64,000 bases of DNA, from positions 292 through 64,291 of the forward strand of contig DASTPT010000033.1 in NCBI GenBank assembly GCA_035762085.1. The letters are read 5' to 3'. The notes under the pieces were generated by a model. The model was given only the letters and a program-made list of their open reading frames with translations. It did not search any database and had not been told where the DNA came from. Shown piece after piece: positions 53,293-62,954 of this stretch. The translations under genes and the position numbers were made by a program. Source of the DNA: Actinomycetota bacterium (lineage in GTDB: Bacteria; Actinomycetota; UBA4738; HRBIN12). Numbering within the stretch: position 1 is the first letter of the stretch; each line of letters starts with the position of its first letter.

Positions 53293-55006
53293 CCGCGAGC
53301 GTCTGACCGACCTGCACGGTCTGACCGGCGTCGATCGGGAGGTCCGAGACCACGCCCTCGCGCGGGGCGGGGATCGCGTTCTCCATCTTCATCGCCTCGA
53401 GGATGCAGATCACGTCGCCGGCCTGGATCTCCTGCCCGGGCTCGACGAGGACGCGGAGGATCGTCCCCTGCATCGGCGCGGCGATCACGCTGTGCACGTG
53501 CTCGCCGCCGTGGCCGGCGTGCCGGGCGGGCGGCTTCGGCGCGTGGTCCCGCCGGTGGTCGTAGATCCGGATCGGGACGCGCCGCCCGTCCATCTCCACG
53601 AGCAGCTCCGCCGGGACGCCGCGCGGCTCGCCGGCCGCGGCCCGCGACCAGTCGACGCCCGGGAGCTCGGCCTCGCGCAGCGCCTGCTCGAGCCACGTCG
53701 TCGTGTGCGCCGCGCGCCGGAACTCCTGCGTGTTCAGGATCCATCGGTGGAGCGGGATCGTGGTGGGGACGCCCTCGACGTGGAACTCGTCGAGGGCTCG
53801 GAGCATGCGCCGGCGAGCGCGCTCGCGGTCCTCGCCCGACACGACCAGCTTCGCGAACATCGAGTCGTAGTCGGCCGGGATCTCCCTGCCCTCCCGGATC
53901 CCGGCGTCCACGCGGACGAACGGTCCCGACGGCTCGCGGTACGCGCTCACCCGCCCGGGTCCCGGCAGGAAGTTGCGGGTCGGGTCCTCGGCGTTGATGC
54001 GGCACTGCATCGCGTGGCCCCTGGGCGGGAAGGCGTCGGTCTCCACCCGCTCGCCGAGCGCCACGCCGATCTGCAGCGCGACGAGGTCCAGACCCGTGAC
54101 CATCTCGGTCACGGTGTGCTCGACCTGCAGGCGGGTGTTCATCTCCAGGAAGTAGAACCGACCGTCCTCGTCGACGATGCACTCGACCGTGCCGGCGTTC
54201 ACGTAGCCCGAGGCCTTCGCCAGCGCGATCGCCGCCTCGCCGAGCCGCGTCCGAAGTTCGGCGTCGACGATCGGCGAGGGCGTCTCCTCGATCAGCTTCT
54301 GGTGCCGGCGCTGCACCGAACAGTCGCGCTCGCCGAGGAACGCGATCGTCCCGTGGGCGTCCGCGAGCACCTGCGCCTCGACGTGGTGGCCGTGCTCGAT
54401 GTAGCGCTCGAGGAAGACCTCGGGTCGGCCGAAGTAGGACGTTGCCTCGCGGGTGGCGCGCGCGAGCGCGCCCGCCAGGTCCTCGGGCTTGCGGACCACG
54501 AGCATGCCGCGGCCTCCGCCGCCGAAGGCGGCCTTCACCATCACGGGGTAGCCGATGCGCTCGGCCTCGGCGGGCGCATCGTCGACGTTCACGGGCTCGA
54601 TCGTCCCGGGTACGATCGGCACGCCGGCGCGCTCGGCCGCCTGTCGCGCCGCCGCCTTGTCACCCATCGTCTCGATCGCCTCGGGCGAGGGCCCGACGAA
54701 CACGTACCCGGACTCGATCACGGCCTGTGCGAAGTGGGCGCGCTCGGACAGGAACCCGTAGCCCGGGTGGATCGCGGTCGCGCGGGCCTTGCGCGCGGCC
54801 TCGAGGACCGCGCCGATCGACAGGTACGAGTCGGCGGCGAGCGCGGGACCGATGTGGTGCGCCTCGTCGGCCATCTCGACGTGGAGGGCGTCCCGATCCG
54901 CGTCGGAGTACACCGCGATCGAGCGCAGGCCGAGCTCACGCACGGTGCGGATGATGCGGACCGCGATCTCGCCGCGGTTCGCGATCAGGATGCGCGTCTT
55001 GGCCAC
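53282..55006 (-). CDS. accA: Acetyl/propionyl-CoA carboxylase alpha subunit (biotin carboxylase + BCCP).
   Basis: 574 aa. ILIANRGEIAVRIIRT; ATP-grasp; C-terminal EAMKMEN biotinylation motif. Confidence 0.93.
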   Translation of the reverse strand: MAKTRILIANRGEIAVRIIRTVRELGLRSIAVYSDADRDALHVEMADEAHHIGPALAADSYLSIGAVLEAARKARATAIHPGYGFLSERAHFAQAVIESGYVFVGPSPEAIETMGDKAAARQAAERAGVPIVPGTIEPVNVDDAPAEAERIGYPVMVKAAFGGGGRGMLVVRKPEDLAGALARATREATSYFGRPEVFLERYIEHGHHVEAQVLADAHGTIAFLGERDCSVQRRHQKLIEETPSPIVDAELRTRLGEAAIALAKASGYVNAGTVECIVDEDGRFYFLEMNTRLQVEHTVTEMVTGLDLVALQIGVALGERVETDAFPPRGHAMQCRINAEDPTRNFLPGPGRVSAYREPSGPFVRVDAGIREGREIPADYDSMFAKLVVSGEDRERARRRMLRALDEFHVEGVPTTIPLHRWILNTQEFRRAAHTTTWLEQALREAELPGVDWSRAAAGEPRGVPAELLVEMDGRRVPIRIYDHRRDHAPKPPARHAGHGGEHVHSVIAAPMQGTILRVLVEPGQEIQAGDVICILEAMKMENAIPAPREGVVSDLPIDAGQTVQVGQTLAVID

Positions 55007-55056
55007 GGGTCGCTCCGGCTCGCGATAATCGCCTCACGCCGAACGGGAGTCAAACC

Positions 55057-55842
55057 TTGCCCTTGTCCGAGGCCGCGCTGCGCTCCGCCCTCCGGCGGAT
55101 CGGCTCGGATGCACCCGTGCGGTTCGATGAGGTTACCGGGTCCACGCAGGCCACGGCGTTGGAGCTCGCCGAGGCCGGGGCGCCGGCGTGGACGCTCGTC
55201 GGCGCCGGGCACCAGACGCGGGGGCGTGGACGCCTGGGCCGACGCTGGCTCGATCGGCCGGGCGCGCTCCTGTTCTCGGTGGTGGTGCGCCCCGAGCTCC
55301 CCCCCGAGCGGGGCGGGCTCGTGACGCTCCTGGCCGGCGTCGGGATGGCGGACGCGCTCCGCGCCAGCGGCGGCTCGCCCGTCCGGTGCAAGTGGCCGAA
55401 CGACCTGCTGGTGGGCGACGCGAAGGTCGGCGGGATCCTCGCGAGCGCCCGTCCCCGGGGCGACGTCCTCGCCTACGTGGTCCTCGGCGTGGGGGTGAAC
55501 CTCGGGGCGGCCCCAGACGTCCCGAGGGCCGGCGCGCTCGCCGATGCCGACCCCGCCGAGGTCCTCGGCGCGTTCCTCGAGGGGTTCGCGAGAGATCTGG
55601 ATCCGCATCGTCGGACGTTCGCCGAGGACGTGCTCGAGCGCTACCGGGCGATGTGCGCGACGCTCGGTCGACGCGTCCGCGCGACAACGACCGAGGGGGA
55701 GGTCGTCGAGGGCGAGGCGGTCGATGTCGACGACGCGGGCGGCCTCGTCGTGCGGACGAACGCGGGGCGACGGGTCGTGCGCTTCGGCGAGGTGGAGCAC
55801 CTGCGCGACGGCGCGTTGCCGGGCGGCGGGACCCCGGGATAG
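55057..55842 (+). CDS. birA: Biotin--[acetyl-CoA-carboxylase] ligase (group I, no HTH).
   Basis: TTG start. GHQTRGRGRLGRRW, KWPNDLLV...GGILAS. Confidence 0.8.
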   Translation: MPLSEAALRSALRRIGSDAPVRFDEVTGSTQATALELAEAGAPAWTLVGAGHQTRGRGRLGRRWLDRPGALLFSVVVRPELPPERGGLVTLLAGVGMADALRASGGSPVRCKWPNDLLVGDAKVGGILASARPRGDVLAYVVLGVGVNLGAAPDVPRAGALADADPAEVLGAFLEGFARDLDPHRRTFAEDVLERYRAMCATLGRRVRATTTEGEVVEGEAVDVDDAGGLVVRTNAGRRVVRFGEVEHLRDGALPGGGTPG

Positions 55843-55851
55843 GGTCCCGAT

Positions 55852-56487
55852 ATGCCGTTCCCGCGCCGCCTGCTGATCGAAGGGGAGGAGCTGGTCCTCG
55901 ACCTCCGCCCGCACTGGATCGCCCTCGTGATGCCCGGCGTCGTGACGGCGCTCGTCGTGATCGGGTACCTCGTCGCGCTCGGCTACGCGCCGGACGAGGG
56001 TGCGGGGCGCTCGGCCATCGTGTGGGGCGGGCTCGTCCTGGGTCTCGCCGTCCTGGTCTGGTATCCGCTGCGGGCGTTCATCGCGTGGGTGACGTCGAAC
56101 TTCGCGGTGACGACCGACCGCATCATCCATCGCGAGGGCTTCATCGCGAAACGGTCGATGGAGATCCCGCTGGAGGCCATCAACGACGTCCGGTTCCAAC
56201 AGTCGGTCCTCGAGCGCATGGTCGGCGCCGGCGACCTGATCATCCAGTCGGCGAGCGAGTACGGGCGCAACGTGTTCGCGAACGTCCGGAACCCCGAGCA
56301 CGTCCAGCGCACGATCTACCAGCAGGGCGAGCTGAACAAGCAGCGGATGTACCAGGGCGACACCGGCCCCTCGCGGTCGGCGCCCTCCGTGACCACCGAG
56401 CTGCAGCGCCTGGCCGAGCTGCGGGACCGCGGCGTCCTCACGGAGGCCGAGTTCCAGAACCAGAAGAAGAAGATCCTCGGCGGATGA
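55852..56487 (+). CDS. Membrane-anchored bacterial PH-domain (YdbT/bPH_2-like) protein with C-terminal SHOCT domain.
   Basis: 2 TM. REGFIAKRSMEIPLEAINDVRFQQSVLERMVGAGDLII. C-terminal LQRLAELRDRGVLTEAEFQNQKKKIL. Confidence 0.65.
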   Translation: MPFPRRLLIEGEELVLDLRPHWIALVMPGVVTALVVIGYLVALGYAPDEGAGRSAIVWGGLVLGLAVLVWYPLRAFIAWVTSNFAVTTDRIIHREGFIAKRSMEIPLEAINDVRFQQSVLERMVGAGDLIIQSASEYGRNVFANVRNPEHVQRTIYQQGELNKQRMYQGDTGPSRSAPSVTTELQRLAELRDRGVLTEAEFQNQKKKILGG

Positions 56488-56530
56488 TCGGCGGGGGTGC
56501 GACCCCCGACCGGAACCGGGGGATGACGTC

Positions 56531-57016
56531 ATGACGATCGTGAGCGAGACGCCGTTGCCGGGCGTCGGCGTCCGGTTCGAGTTCCAGACGTCGTCCGGGC
56601 GCCGGGTGGCGGTGATCCACCACCGGTCCGGACGCAAGGAACTGACCGTGGACGACGTCCGCGACCCGGACGCGTCCCGCGAGCTCCTCAGCCTGGACGA
56701 GCAGGACAGCCGCACGCTCTCCGAGCTACTCGGCGGGTCGCAGATCGCGCGCGAGCTCGACCAGCTGCAGCAGCGGATCTCGGGGCTCGGGATCGACTGG
56801 CTCCCGGTCCTGGAGGGATCGCCGTTCACCGGCGGGACGATCGGCGACACGCAGGCGAGGACCCGCACGGGCGTCTCGATCGTCGCGGTGCTCCGCGGCG
56901 ACGAGGCCGTGCCGGCGCCGGGACCCGACCAGGTCCTCCACGCGGACGACACGCTGGTCGTCGTCGGCACCCCACGAGGGATCGAGGAGCTGGCCGTTCT
57001 GCTCCGCACCGGGTAG
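56531..57016 (+). CDS. TrkA-C (RCK_C) domain cation:proton antiporter regulatory subunit (KhtT-like).
   Basis: 161 aa. LPVLEGSPFTGGTIGDTQARTRTGVSIVAVLRGDEAV. Confidence 0.65.
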   Translation: MTIVSETPLPGVGVRFEFQTSSGRRVAVIHHRSGRKELTVDDVRDPDASRELLSLDEQDSRTLSELLGGSQIARELDQLQQRISGLGIDWLPVLEGSPFTGGTIGDTQARTRTGVSIVAVLRGDEAVPAPGPDQVLHADDTLVVVGTPRGIEELAVLLRTG

Positions 57017-57020
57017 CGCG

Positions 57021-58175
57021 GTGCACGGGCCGCTGTTCCTCCTCGAGCTGGGAGGCGTCGTCCTGCTCCTGGCGGTGCTCTCGCGCATCGCGGGCAGGTT
57101 CGGGTTCTCGCCGATCCCGCTCTACCTGGTCGCCGGTCTGGCGTTCGGCGAGGGTGGCGTCATCCCGCTGGTCACCGCCGAGGAGTTCGTCGAGGCGGGG
57201 GCGACGATCGGGCTCGTGCTGTTGCTGTTCTCGCTGGGGCTCGAGTACTCGGCGCAGGACCTGATGCGCAGCCTGCGGGAGGGGGCGGGCGTCGGCGGAG
57301 CCGACATCGTCCTCAACGCGGTCCCGGGGTTCCTGGCCGGCCTCCTGCTCGGGTGGGGCCTGCTCGCGGCGACCGTGCTCGCGGGCGTGACCTACATCTC
57401 GTCATCGGGCGTCGTCGCCAGGCTCCTCGACGACCTTGGGTGGATGGGGAACCGCGAGACCTCGACGGTGCTCGGCGTCCTGGTCTTCGAGGATCTCGCG
57501 ATGGCGATGTTCCTGCCGATCGTGAGCATCCTGCTCACGGGGGGTCAGGCCTCCGAGATCGCCCTGGAGGCGGCCCTCGCCGGGGTGCTCGTCGCGGGGA
57601 TCCTCGTGCTGGCGTCGCGGTACGGCGACGTGCTCAGCCGCGCGATCGCGGCGCGCTCGGACGAGGCCTTCCTCCTGGCCGTGCTCGGGATCCTGCTGGT
57701 CGTCGCCGGCTCGGCCGAGGCCGTGAACGTCTCGGCCGCCGTCGGCGCGTTCCTGACGGGCATCGTGGTCTCGGGGTCGGCGGCCTCACGCGCCCGGAAC
57801 CTGATCCGCCCGCTCCGAGACGTCTTCGCCGGCGCGTTCTTCCTGTTCTTCGGGTTCCAGGTAGACCCGGCGTCGATCCCCTCGGTCGCGATCCCGGCGG
57901 TGCTCCTCGCCGCCGTCGGGGCGGCGACGAAGCTCGCGACCGGGTGGTGGGGCGCGCGCCGGGCGGGGGTCGGCGAGCGGGGACGTCGACGCGCCGGGTG
58001 GGTGCTCGTGGCTCGAGGCGAGTTCTCGATCGTGATCGCCGGCCTGGCGGTCGCGGCCGGGCTGGAGCCGAAGCTCGGTCCGCTCGCCGCGACGTACGTC
58101 CTCCTCCTGGCGGTCGTCGGCCCGCTCGCCACGCACCTGCTGCACCGCGCCGCGAGCGGCGCGACGCGCGGCTAA
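57021..58175 (+). CDS. CPA2-family cation:proton antiporter membrane subunit (KhtU/KefB-like).
   Basis: GTG start. 384 aa, ~12 TM. GLEYSAQDL, VLVFEDLAMAMFLPIV. Confidence 0.75.
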   Translation: MHGPLFLLELGGVVLLLAVLSRIAGRFGFSPIPLYLVAGLAFGEGGVIPLVTAEEFVEAGATIGLVLLLFSLGLEYSAQDLMRSLREGAGVGGADIVLNAVPGFLAGLLLGWGLLAATVLAGVTYISSSGVVARLLDDLGWMGNRETSTVLGVLVFEDLAMAMFLPIVSILLTGGQASEIALEAALAGVLVAGILVLASRYGDVLSRAIAARSDEAFLLAVLGILLVVAGSAEAVNVSAAVGAFLTGIVVSGSAASRARNLIRPLRDVFAGAFFLFFGFQVDPASIPSVAIPAVLLAAVGAATKLATGWWGARRAGVGERGRRRAGWVLVARGEFSIVIAGLAVAAGLEPKLGPLAATYVLLLAVVGPLATHLLHRAASGATRG

Positions 58176-59170
58176 GAGTCCCGCCGGACCGCCGGGAGGT
58201 CCTCCTCGCCGATCATGAGCACGAGGTCGCCCTGTTGCAGGACGTGGTCCTGCGGCGGGTTGGCGGTGATCTGGCCGCCCGGGTGGCGGATCGCCAGGAC
58301 GGGCGTCGAGCCGATCGCCTCGGCGATCGACCGTCCGGCCGTCTGGGAGCCGGCCTCGATCCGCAGCTCCTCCAGACGTAGCGAGGTCGCGCCGCCGGAC
58401 TCGACCTCGACGACGTCGGCGGCGCGGGGGTGGAGCGCGACGAGCGCCATGTGCCGGCCGCTGCTCACGAAGGGCGACACGACGCGGTCCGCCCCGGCCT
58501 TCAGCAGCCGGGCGTCCGAGCCGCGCTCCGAGGCCCTCGCGACGATGAACAGGTCCGGGTTCAGCGAGCGCGCCATGAGCGTGATGTAGACGTTCGTCGC
58601 GTCCGAGTCGACGGCGCACACCAGTCCGCGCGCCCGTCGGACCCCCGCGCGGAGCAGCACCTCCTCCTCGGAGGGGTCCTCGATCAGGTACGGCACCGCG
58701 TCCTGGTCCATCCGCTCCTGCAGGTCCTCCTTCGGGTCGATCACGACGAAGGAGACGCCCTCGGCCTCGAACTCCCGGGCGATCGCCCGGCCGACCCGCC
58801 CGTACGCGCAGATCAGGTAGTGGTCCGACAGGCCGTCGATCCGCCGCTGCATCCGTCTCCTCCTCGCTCGCTCGCCCCACTGCCCCTCGATGACCCACTG
58901 CGCCGCGAGCGCGATCGTGATCAGCACGAGCGCGACCCCGATCGCGATCACCGAGAGCGTGAACACCCGACCCGCGTCGTCGAGCGGCCGGACCTCGCGG
59001 AAGCCGACCGTGGTGAAGGTGGTGACCGTCATGTAGAGCGCGTCGAGGAACGGCCATCCCTGTAGGAGCATGTAGCCGCTCACCCCGTACGCGAGCGCGA
59101 CCACGAGCGCCAGCATCGCCCAGCGGATCCGCCGGAACCCCTCGCTCGAGGTCGCCACGTTCGCGAGCAT
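58172..59170 (-). CDS. RCK-domain-gated ion channel (2TM pore + TrkA-N + TrkA-C; MthK-like) with atypical filter TTVGFRE.
   Basis: Internal ATG MLANVATSSEGF. Pore helix/filter ALYMTVTTFTTVGFREV. Rossmann ICAYGRVGRAIAREF. Confidence 0.75.
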   Translation of the reverse strand: MLANVATSSEGFRRIRWAMLALVVALAYGVSGYMLLQGWPFLDALYMTVTTFTTVGFREVRPLDDAGRVFTLSVIAIGVALVLITIALAAQWVIEGQWGERARRRRMQRRIDGLSDHYLICAYGRVGRAIAREFEAEGVSFVVIDPKEDLQERMDQDAVPYLIEDPSEEEVLLRAGVRRARGLVCAVDSDATNVYITLMARSLNPDLFIVARASERGSDARLLKAGADRVVSPFVSSGRHMALVALHPRAADVVEVESGGATSLRLEELRIEAGSQTAGRSIAEAIGSTPVLAIRHPGGQITANPPQDHVLQQGDLVLMIGEEDLPAVRRDS

Positions 59171-59222
59171 ACCGGCGCGCCACGGCGGGACGATCGAGCC
59201 CGGACCGTGCGAGGATCGACCC

Positions 59223-60395
59223 GTGGAGCCGAGGGTCGCCGTCGTCGGCATCGGGCACGCCGGGTTCGCCGCGATCGCCGCCGGCGTCTCGTACAAGGAG
59301 CTGATGTTCGAGGCCGCGCAGCGCGCCGCGTTCGACGCCGGCATCGACCCGCGCTCCGAGGTCGACTCGTTCGTCTGCTGCTCCGAGGACTTCCTCGAGG
59401 GGACCAGCATCTTCGACGAGTACGTGCCCGATCAGCTCGGCGCCGCGCAGCGGCCGGTGCACACGGTCGCGGGGGACGGGCTGCTCGGCGTGGCGACCGG
59501 GATCATGCTGATCCGCTCGGGCATCGCCCAGGTCGTGGCCGTCGAAGCGCACAGCAAGGCCTCGGACATCGTGACGCTCGGCCAGATCGAGGCGTTCGCG
59601 CTCGACCCGGTGTGGAACCGGCCGCTCGGCCTGTCGACGGCGGCGGTGGCCGGGCTCGACATGAACGCGTTCCTCGAGCGCACCCGGCTCACCGAGGAGC
59701 ACTGCGCGATGGTCGTGGCGAAGAACCGGCGGAACGCGCTCGACAACCCGCGCGCCGCGTACCCGGCCGACCTGGACCTGGGGCAGGTGGAGGGCTCGGC
59801 TCCGGTCTCGTGGCCGCTCCGCGAGCTCGAGGTCGCCGCCCCGGCGGACGGGTGCGTCGTCGCGATCCTCGCGGCCGAGGACCGGGCCCGCGACCTCACC
59901 GAGGGCCCCGCGTGGGTCCTGGGCGCGGGATGGTCCTCCGGCGCGGCCTCGCTCGAGAGCCGGGCCTGGGGGGAGGCCGACGGCGTCGCGCTGGCCGCGC
60001 AGATGGCCTTCCGGCAGGTCGGCATCCGGGACCCCGCCGAGGAGATCGACCTCGCCGAGGTCGACGACACGTACGCGTACCGCGAGCTCCAGCACCTGGA
60101 GGCGCTCGGCCTGGCCACGGCGGATGAGCTCGCCGAGCTGCTCGAGGAGGGCGAGCTCGAGGCCGACGGCGCCCTGCCCGTGAACGTCTCGGGCGGCGCA
60201 CTCGGCTCGGGCGACCTGTTCGAGGCGAACGGGCTCGCCCGTCTGCAGGAGTGCGTCGAGCAGCTCCGTGGCGAGGCCGGCGAGCGACAGGTGGACGAGG
60301 TCTACACGGCGGTCGCGCAGTCCTGGCTGGGGGTGCCCTCGACGACGGGGGCGGTGGTCGTGCTCGCCAACGACGAGGGTGCGGGCGGCGGATGA
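59223..60395 (+). CDS. Thiolase-fold (SCP-x/Ltp-type) protein apparently lacking the nucleophilic Cys.
   Basis: 390 aa. VAVVGIGHAGF...TVAGDGLLGVATGIML where thiolases have N-x-x-C-G-S-G; C-terminal GGALGSGDLFEANG. Confidence 0.7.
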   Translation: MEPRVAVVGIGHAGFAAIAAGVSYKELMFEAAQRAAFDAGIDPRSEVDSFVCCSEDFLEGTSIFDEYVPDQLGAAQRPVHTVAGDGLLGVATGIMLIRSGIAQVVAVEAHSKASDIVTLGQIEAFALDPVWNRPLGLSTAAVAGLDMNAFLERTRLTEEHCAMVVAKNRRNALDNPRAAYPADLDLGQVEGSAPVSWPLRELEVAAPADGCVVAILAAEDRARDLTEGPAWVLGAGWSSGAASLESRAWGEADGVALAAQMAFRQVGIRDPAEEIDLAEVDDTYAYRELQHLEALGLATADELAELLEEGELEADGALPVNVSGGALGSGDLFEANGLARLQECVEQLRGEAGERQVDEVYTAVAQSWLGVPSTTGAVVVLANDEGAGGG

Positions 60396-60748
60396 TCGGC
60401 CGCGTCGAGCACGTGTGGTTCTGGGTCGCCGACCTCGACCGAGCGATCGCGTTCTACGCCGAGGTGCTCGGCCTCCCGCTCGTCCGGCGCGAGGGGAACG
60501 AGTGGGCGGAGCTGGACGCCGGGCCGATCCGATTGGCCCTGCACGCGGGCGCCGGGGACGGCCGCGAACCGGGCGGCACGGTCGTGTTCGAGGTGGGGGA
60601 CCTCGACGCGACGAGGCTCGCGATGCAGACGCGCGGCGCGTCGTTCGGGGACGAGGGCGAGGTCGAGGGGATGGCCCGGTTCGCCTCGTTCACGGACCCC
60701 GACGGGAACCGGATGCAGCTGATCGAGCACGTCGGGGACCGTCGATGA
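60392..60748 (+). CDS. VOC-family (glyoxalase/bleomycin-resistance/dioxygenase fold) protein.
   Basis: ATGA overlap. MIGRVEHVWFWVADLDRAIAFYAEVLGL. Confidence 0.75.
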   Translation: MIGRVEHVWFWVADLDRAIAFYAEVLGLPLVRREGNEWAELDAGPIRLALHAGAGDGREPGGTVVFEVGDLDATRLAMQTRGASFGDEGEVEGMARFASFTDPDGNRMQLIEHVGDRR

Positions 60749-62442
60749 GGCGCCGGGCCGCCGTCGTCGGCGCGGGCATGACGCGGTTCGTGCGCCGCGC
60801 GCAGGAGACCGGCAAGGAGCTCGCGTGGGAGGCGGCGCGCGCGGCGCTCGGCTCGTGCGACCTCACGCTCGAGGACGTCGACGCCGTGTGCCTGACGAGC
60901 GCGCCCGACGCGTTCGACGGTGTGCACAAGAAGGGGGAGTACCTGTCCGAGGGCGCGGGCGCATGGGGCAAGCCGTGCATCCGCACCTACGTCGGCGGCG
61001 GCAGCGGGGTGTTCGCGGGGATCCAGGCCTGGTACACGGTCGCGAGCGGGATGGCCGACGTCGCGCTCGTCGTGGCCGAGGAGAAGATGTCCTCGACCCA
61101 GCCGCACCCGCAGGGCGCGTTCCTCACGATCTTCGACAACGTCCTCGAGCGGCCCCTCGGCCCGAACCTGCTGTGGATCTTCGCGCTCGAGATGAACCGC
61201 TACATGAGCGTCCACGGCCTCGACAAGCGGGACATCGCCGCGGTGGCGGTGAAGAACAAGCGGAACGCCGTGGGGCATCCCTCGGCGCTCCTCGGGCAGG
61301 CCGAGATCACCGTCGAGGACGTGCTCGCCTCGGAGACGCTCGCGTGGCCGGTGCAGCGCCTGGACGTGTCCCCGATCAGCGACGGCGCGGCGGCGCTCGT
61401 CGTCGCGGCCGAGGGCGTCGCCGAGCGCATCACCGACCGCCCCGTCTGGATCGAGGGCGTCGGCTGGAACCTGGACACCGCGTACTGGACGAACCGCGAC
61501 CTGGTCTTCCCCGAGTACGTGGCGAACGCGGCGCGGATGGCCTACCGGATGGCCGGCGTCACCGAGCCGCGGAAGCAGATCCACGTCGCCGAGCCGTACG
61601 ACCCGTTCGACTACAAGGAGCTCCACCACCTGGAGGGGCTCCTGCTCTTCGACCGCGGCGCGGCCCCCGAGGCGGCCCGAGACGGCGTCCTCGACCGCGA
61701 CGGCGACCTGCCGAGCTGCCCGAGCGGCGGTCTGCTCGGCGTGGGCAACCCGATCGCCGCGGCCGGGCTGATGAAGCTCGCGGAGCTCTTCTGGCAGCTC
61801 CGGGGCGAGGCGGGGGACCGACAGGTCCCTGGGACGCCGGAACGGGGCGTCGCGCAGGCGTGGGGCGACCTGATGCAGGTGGGGACCGTGGTCGTCATGG
61901 GGGTGGACGAGCACCGCGGGGCGAGCGACGGCGCGGGGCCGACCCCGCCCGCCGAGCCGGCGGGCCGCGGCCTGTCCGAGACCGAGTTCCGCTCGGCCGT
62001 CGGGGCCGTCGAGCACGCCGTCGACGCGCGGTACGAGTGGGATACGGGCGTGGCGGTCGGTCGCTTCCTCGAGGGCCTGCGCGAGGGGCGGATCCTGGGG
62101 CGCTCGTGCTCCGTGTGCGAGCGCGTGCTCGTGCCGCCGCGGATGTTCTGCGAGCGGTGCTTCCGTCCGACCGACGCGTGGGTGGAGGTCGAGACCACCG
62201 GGACGGTGCAGACGTACTCGATCTGTCACGTCGCGTGGGACATGCGGGCGCTCGACGAGCCCGAGCTGCCCGCGGTGGTCTCGATCGACGGGTCCGACGG
62301 CGGGTTCCTCCACGTGCTCGGCGACGTCGACCCCGCCGACGTCGCCGTGGGGATGCCCGTCGAGGCGGTCTGGAAGCACGTCGGCGAGCGCGAGGGCTCG
62401 ATCCTGGACATCGCCTACTTCCGGCCGAGGAGGGACGCCTGA
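60745..62442 (+). CDS. Fusion of a thiolase-fold (SCP-x/Ltp2-like, GGGSG in place of CGSG) domain and a C-terminal DUF35 Zn-ribbon/OB-fold domain.
   Basis: ATGA overlap. AAVVGAGMTRFVRR, YVGGGSGVFAGIQA. C-terminal CSVCERVLVPPRMFCERCF...DGGFLHVLGDVD. Confidence 0.7.
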   Translation: MRRRAAVVGAGMTRFVRRAQETGKELAWEAARAALGSCDLTLEDVDAVCLTSAPDAFDGVHKKGEYLSEGAGAWGKPCIRTYVGGGSGVFAGIQAWYTVASGMADVALVVAEEKMSSTQPHPQGAFLTIFDNVLERPLGPNLLWIFALEMNRYMSVHGLDKRDIAAVAVKNKRNAVGHPSALLGQAEITVEDVLASETLAWPVQRLDVSPISDGAAALVVAAEGVAERITDRPVWIEGVGWNLDTAYWTNRDLVFPEYVANAARMAYRMAGVTEPRKQIHVAEPYDPFDYKELHHLEGLLLFDRGAAPEAARDGVLDRDGDLPSCPSGGLLGVGNPIAAAGLMKLAELFWQLRGEAGDRQVPGTPERGVAQAWGDLMQVGTVVVMGVDEHRGASDGAGPTPPAEPAGRGLSETEFRSAVGAVEHAVDARYEWDTGVAVGRFLEGLREGRILGRSCSVCERVLVPPRMFCERCFRPTDAWVEVETTGTVQTYSICHVAWDMRALDEPELPAVVSIDGSDGGFLHVLGDVDPADVAVGMPVEAVWKHVGEREGSILDIAYFRPRRDA

Positions 62443-62921
62443 TGCTCGAGAAGGTCTCGCGGCCAGCGTCGGTGCGGCGGTGGCCCGGCGCGATCCCGGT
62501 CGGCCACCGCTACACGCCCGGCCGTGCCGGCGAGGTCTTCTTCACGGCGCTCCGCGACGGGGGCGTGCTGCTCGGTTCGCGGTGCTCGCGCTGCGATGTT
62601 GTGTACGCGCCGGTCCGAGCCTTCTGCGAGCGGTGCTTCTCGGAGCTGGCGCCGGACACGGAGGTCGGCCCGGGCGGCGAGCTGACGTCCTTCACGATCG
62701 CGTTCGTCGACGTGGACGGCCGCCCGCTCGACGTGCCCATCACGTACGGGCTCGTCCGTCTGGACGGCGCCGACACGGTGCTCCTGCACGTCGTCCTCGA
62801 CGTCGACGACGAGCCGCTCGAGATCGGCCAGCGCGTCGAGGCGGTCCTGCGACCCGAGGGCGACCGGACGGGCTCGATCCTCGACATCGAGGGCTTCCGG
62901 CCGGCGGGTCCCGGTTCCTGA
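62442..62921 (+). CDS. Stand-alone DUF35 (Zn-ribbon + OB-fold, ChsH2/BbsA-like) protein.
   Basis: ATGA overlap. CSRCDVVYAPVRAFCERCF...TYGLVRLDGADTVLLHV. Confidence 0.7.
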   Translation: MLEKVSRPASVRRWPGAIPVGHRYTPGRAGEVFFTALRDGGVLLGSRCSRCDVVYAPVRAFCERCFSELAPDTEVGPGGELTSFTIAFVDVDGRPLDVPITYGLVRLDGADTVLLHVVLDVDDEPLEIGQRVEAVLRPEGDRTGSILDIEGFRPAGPGS

Positions 62922-62954
62922 GGTCGCCGACCGGGCCGCTCGTATGCTGGCGCG

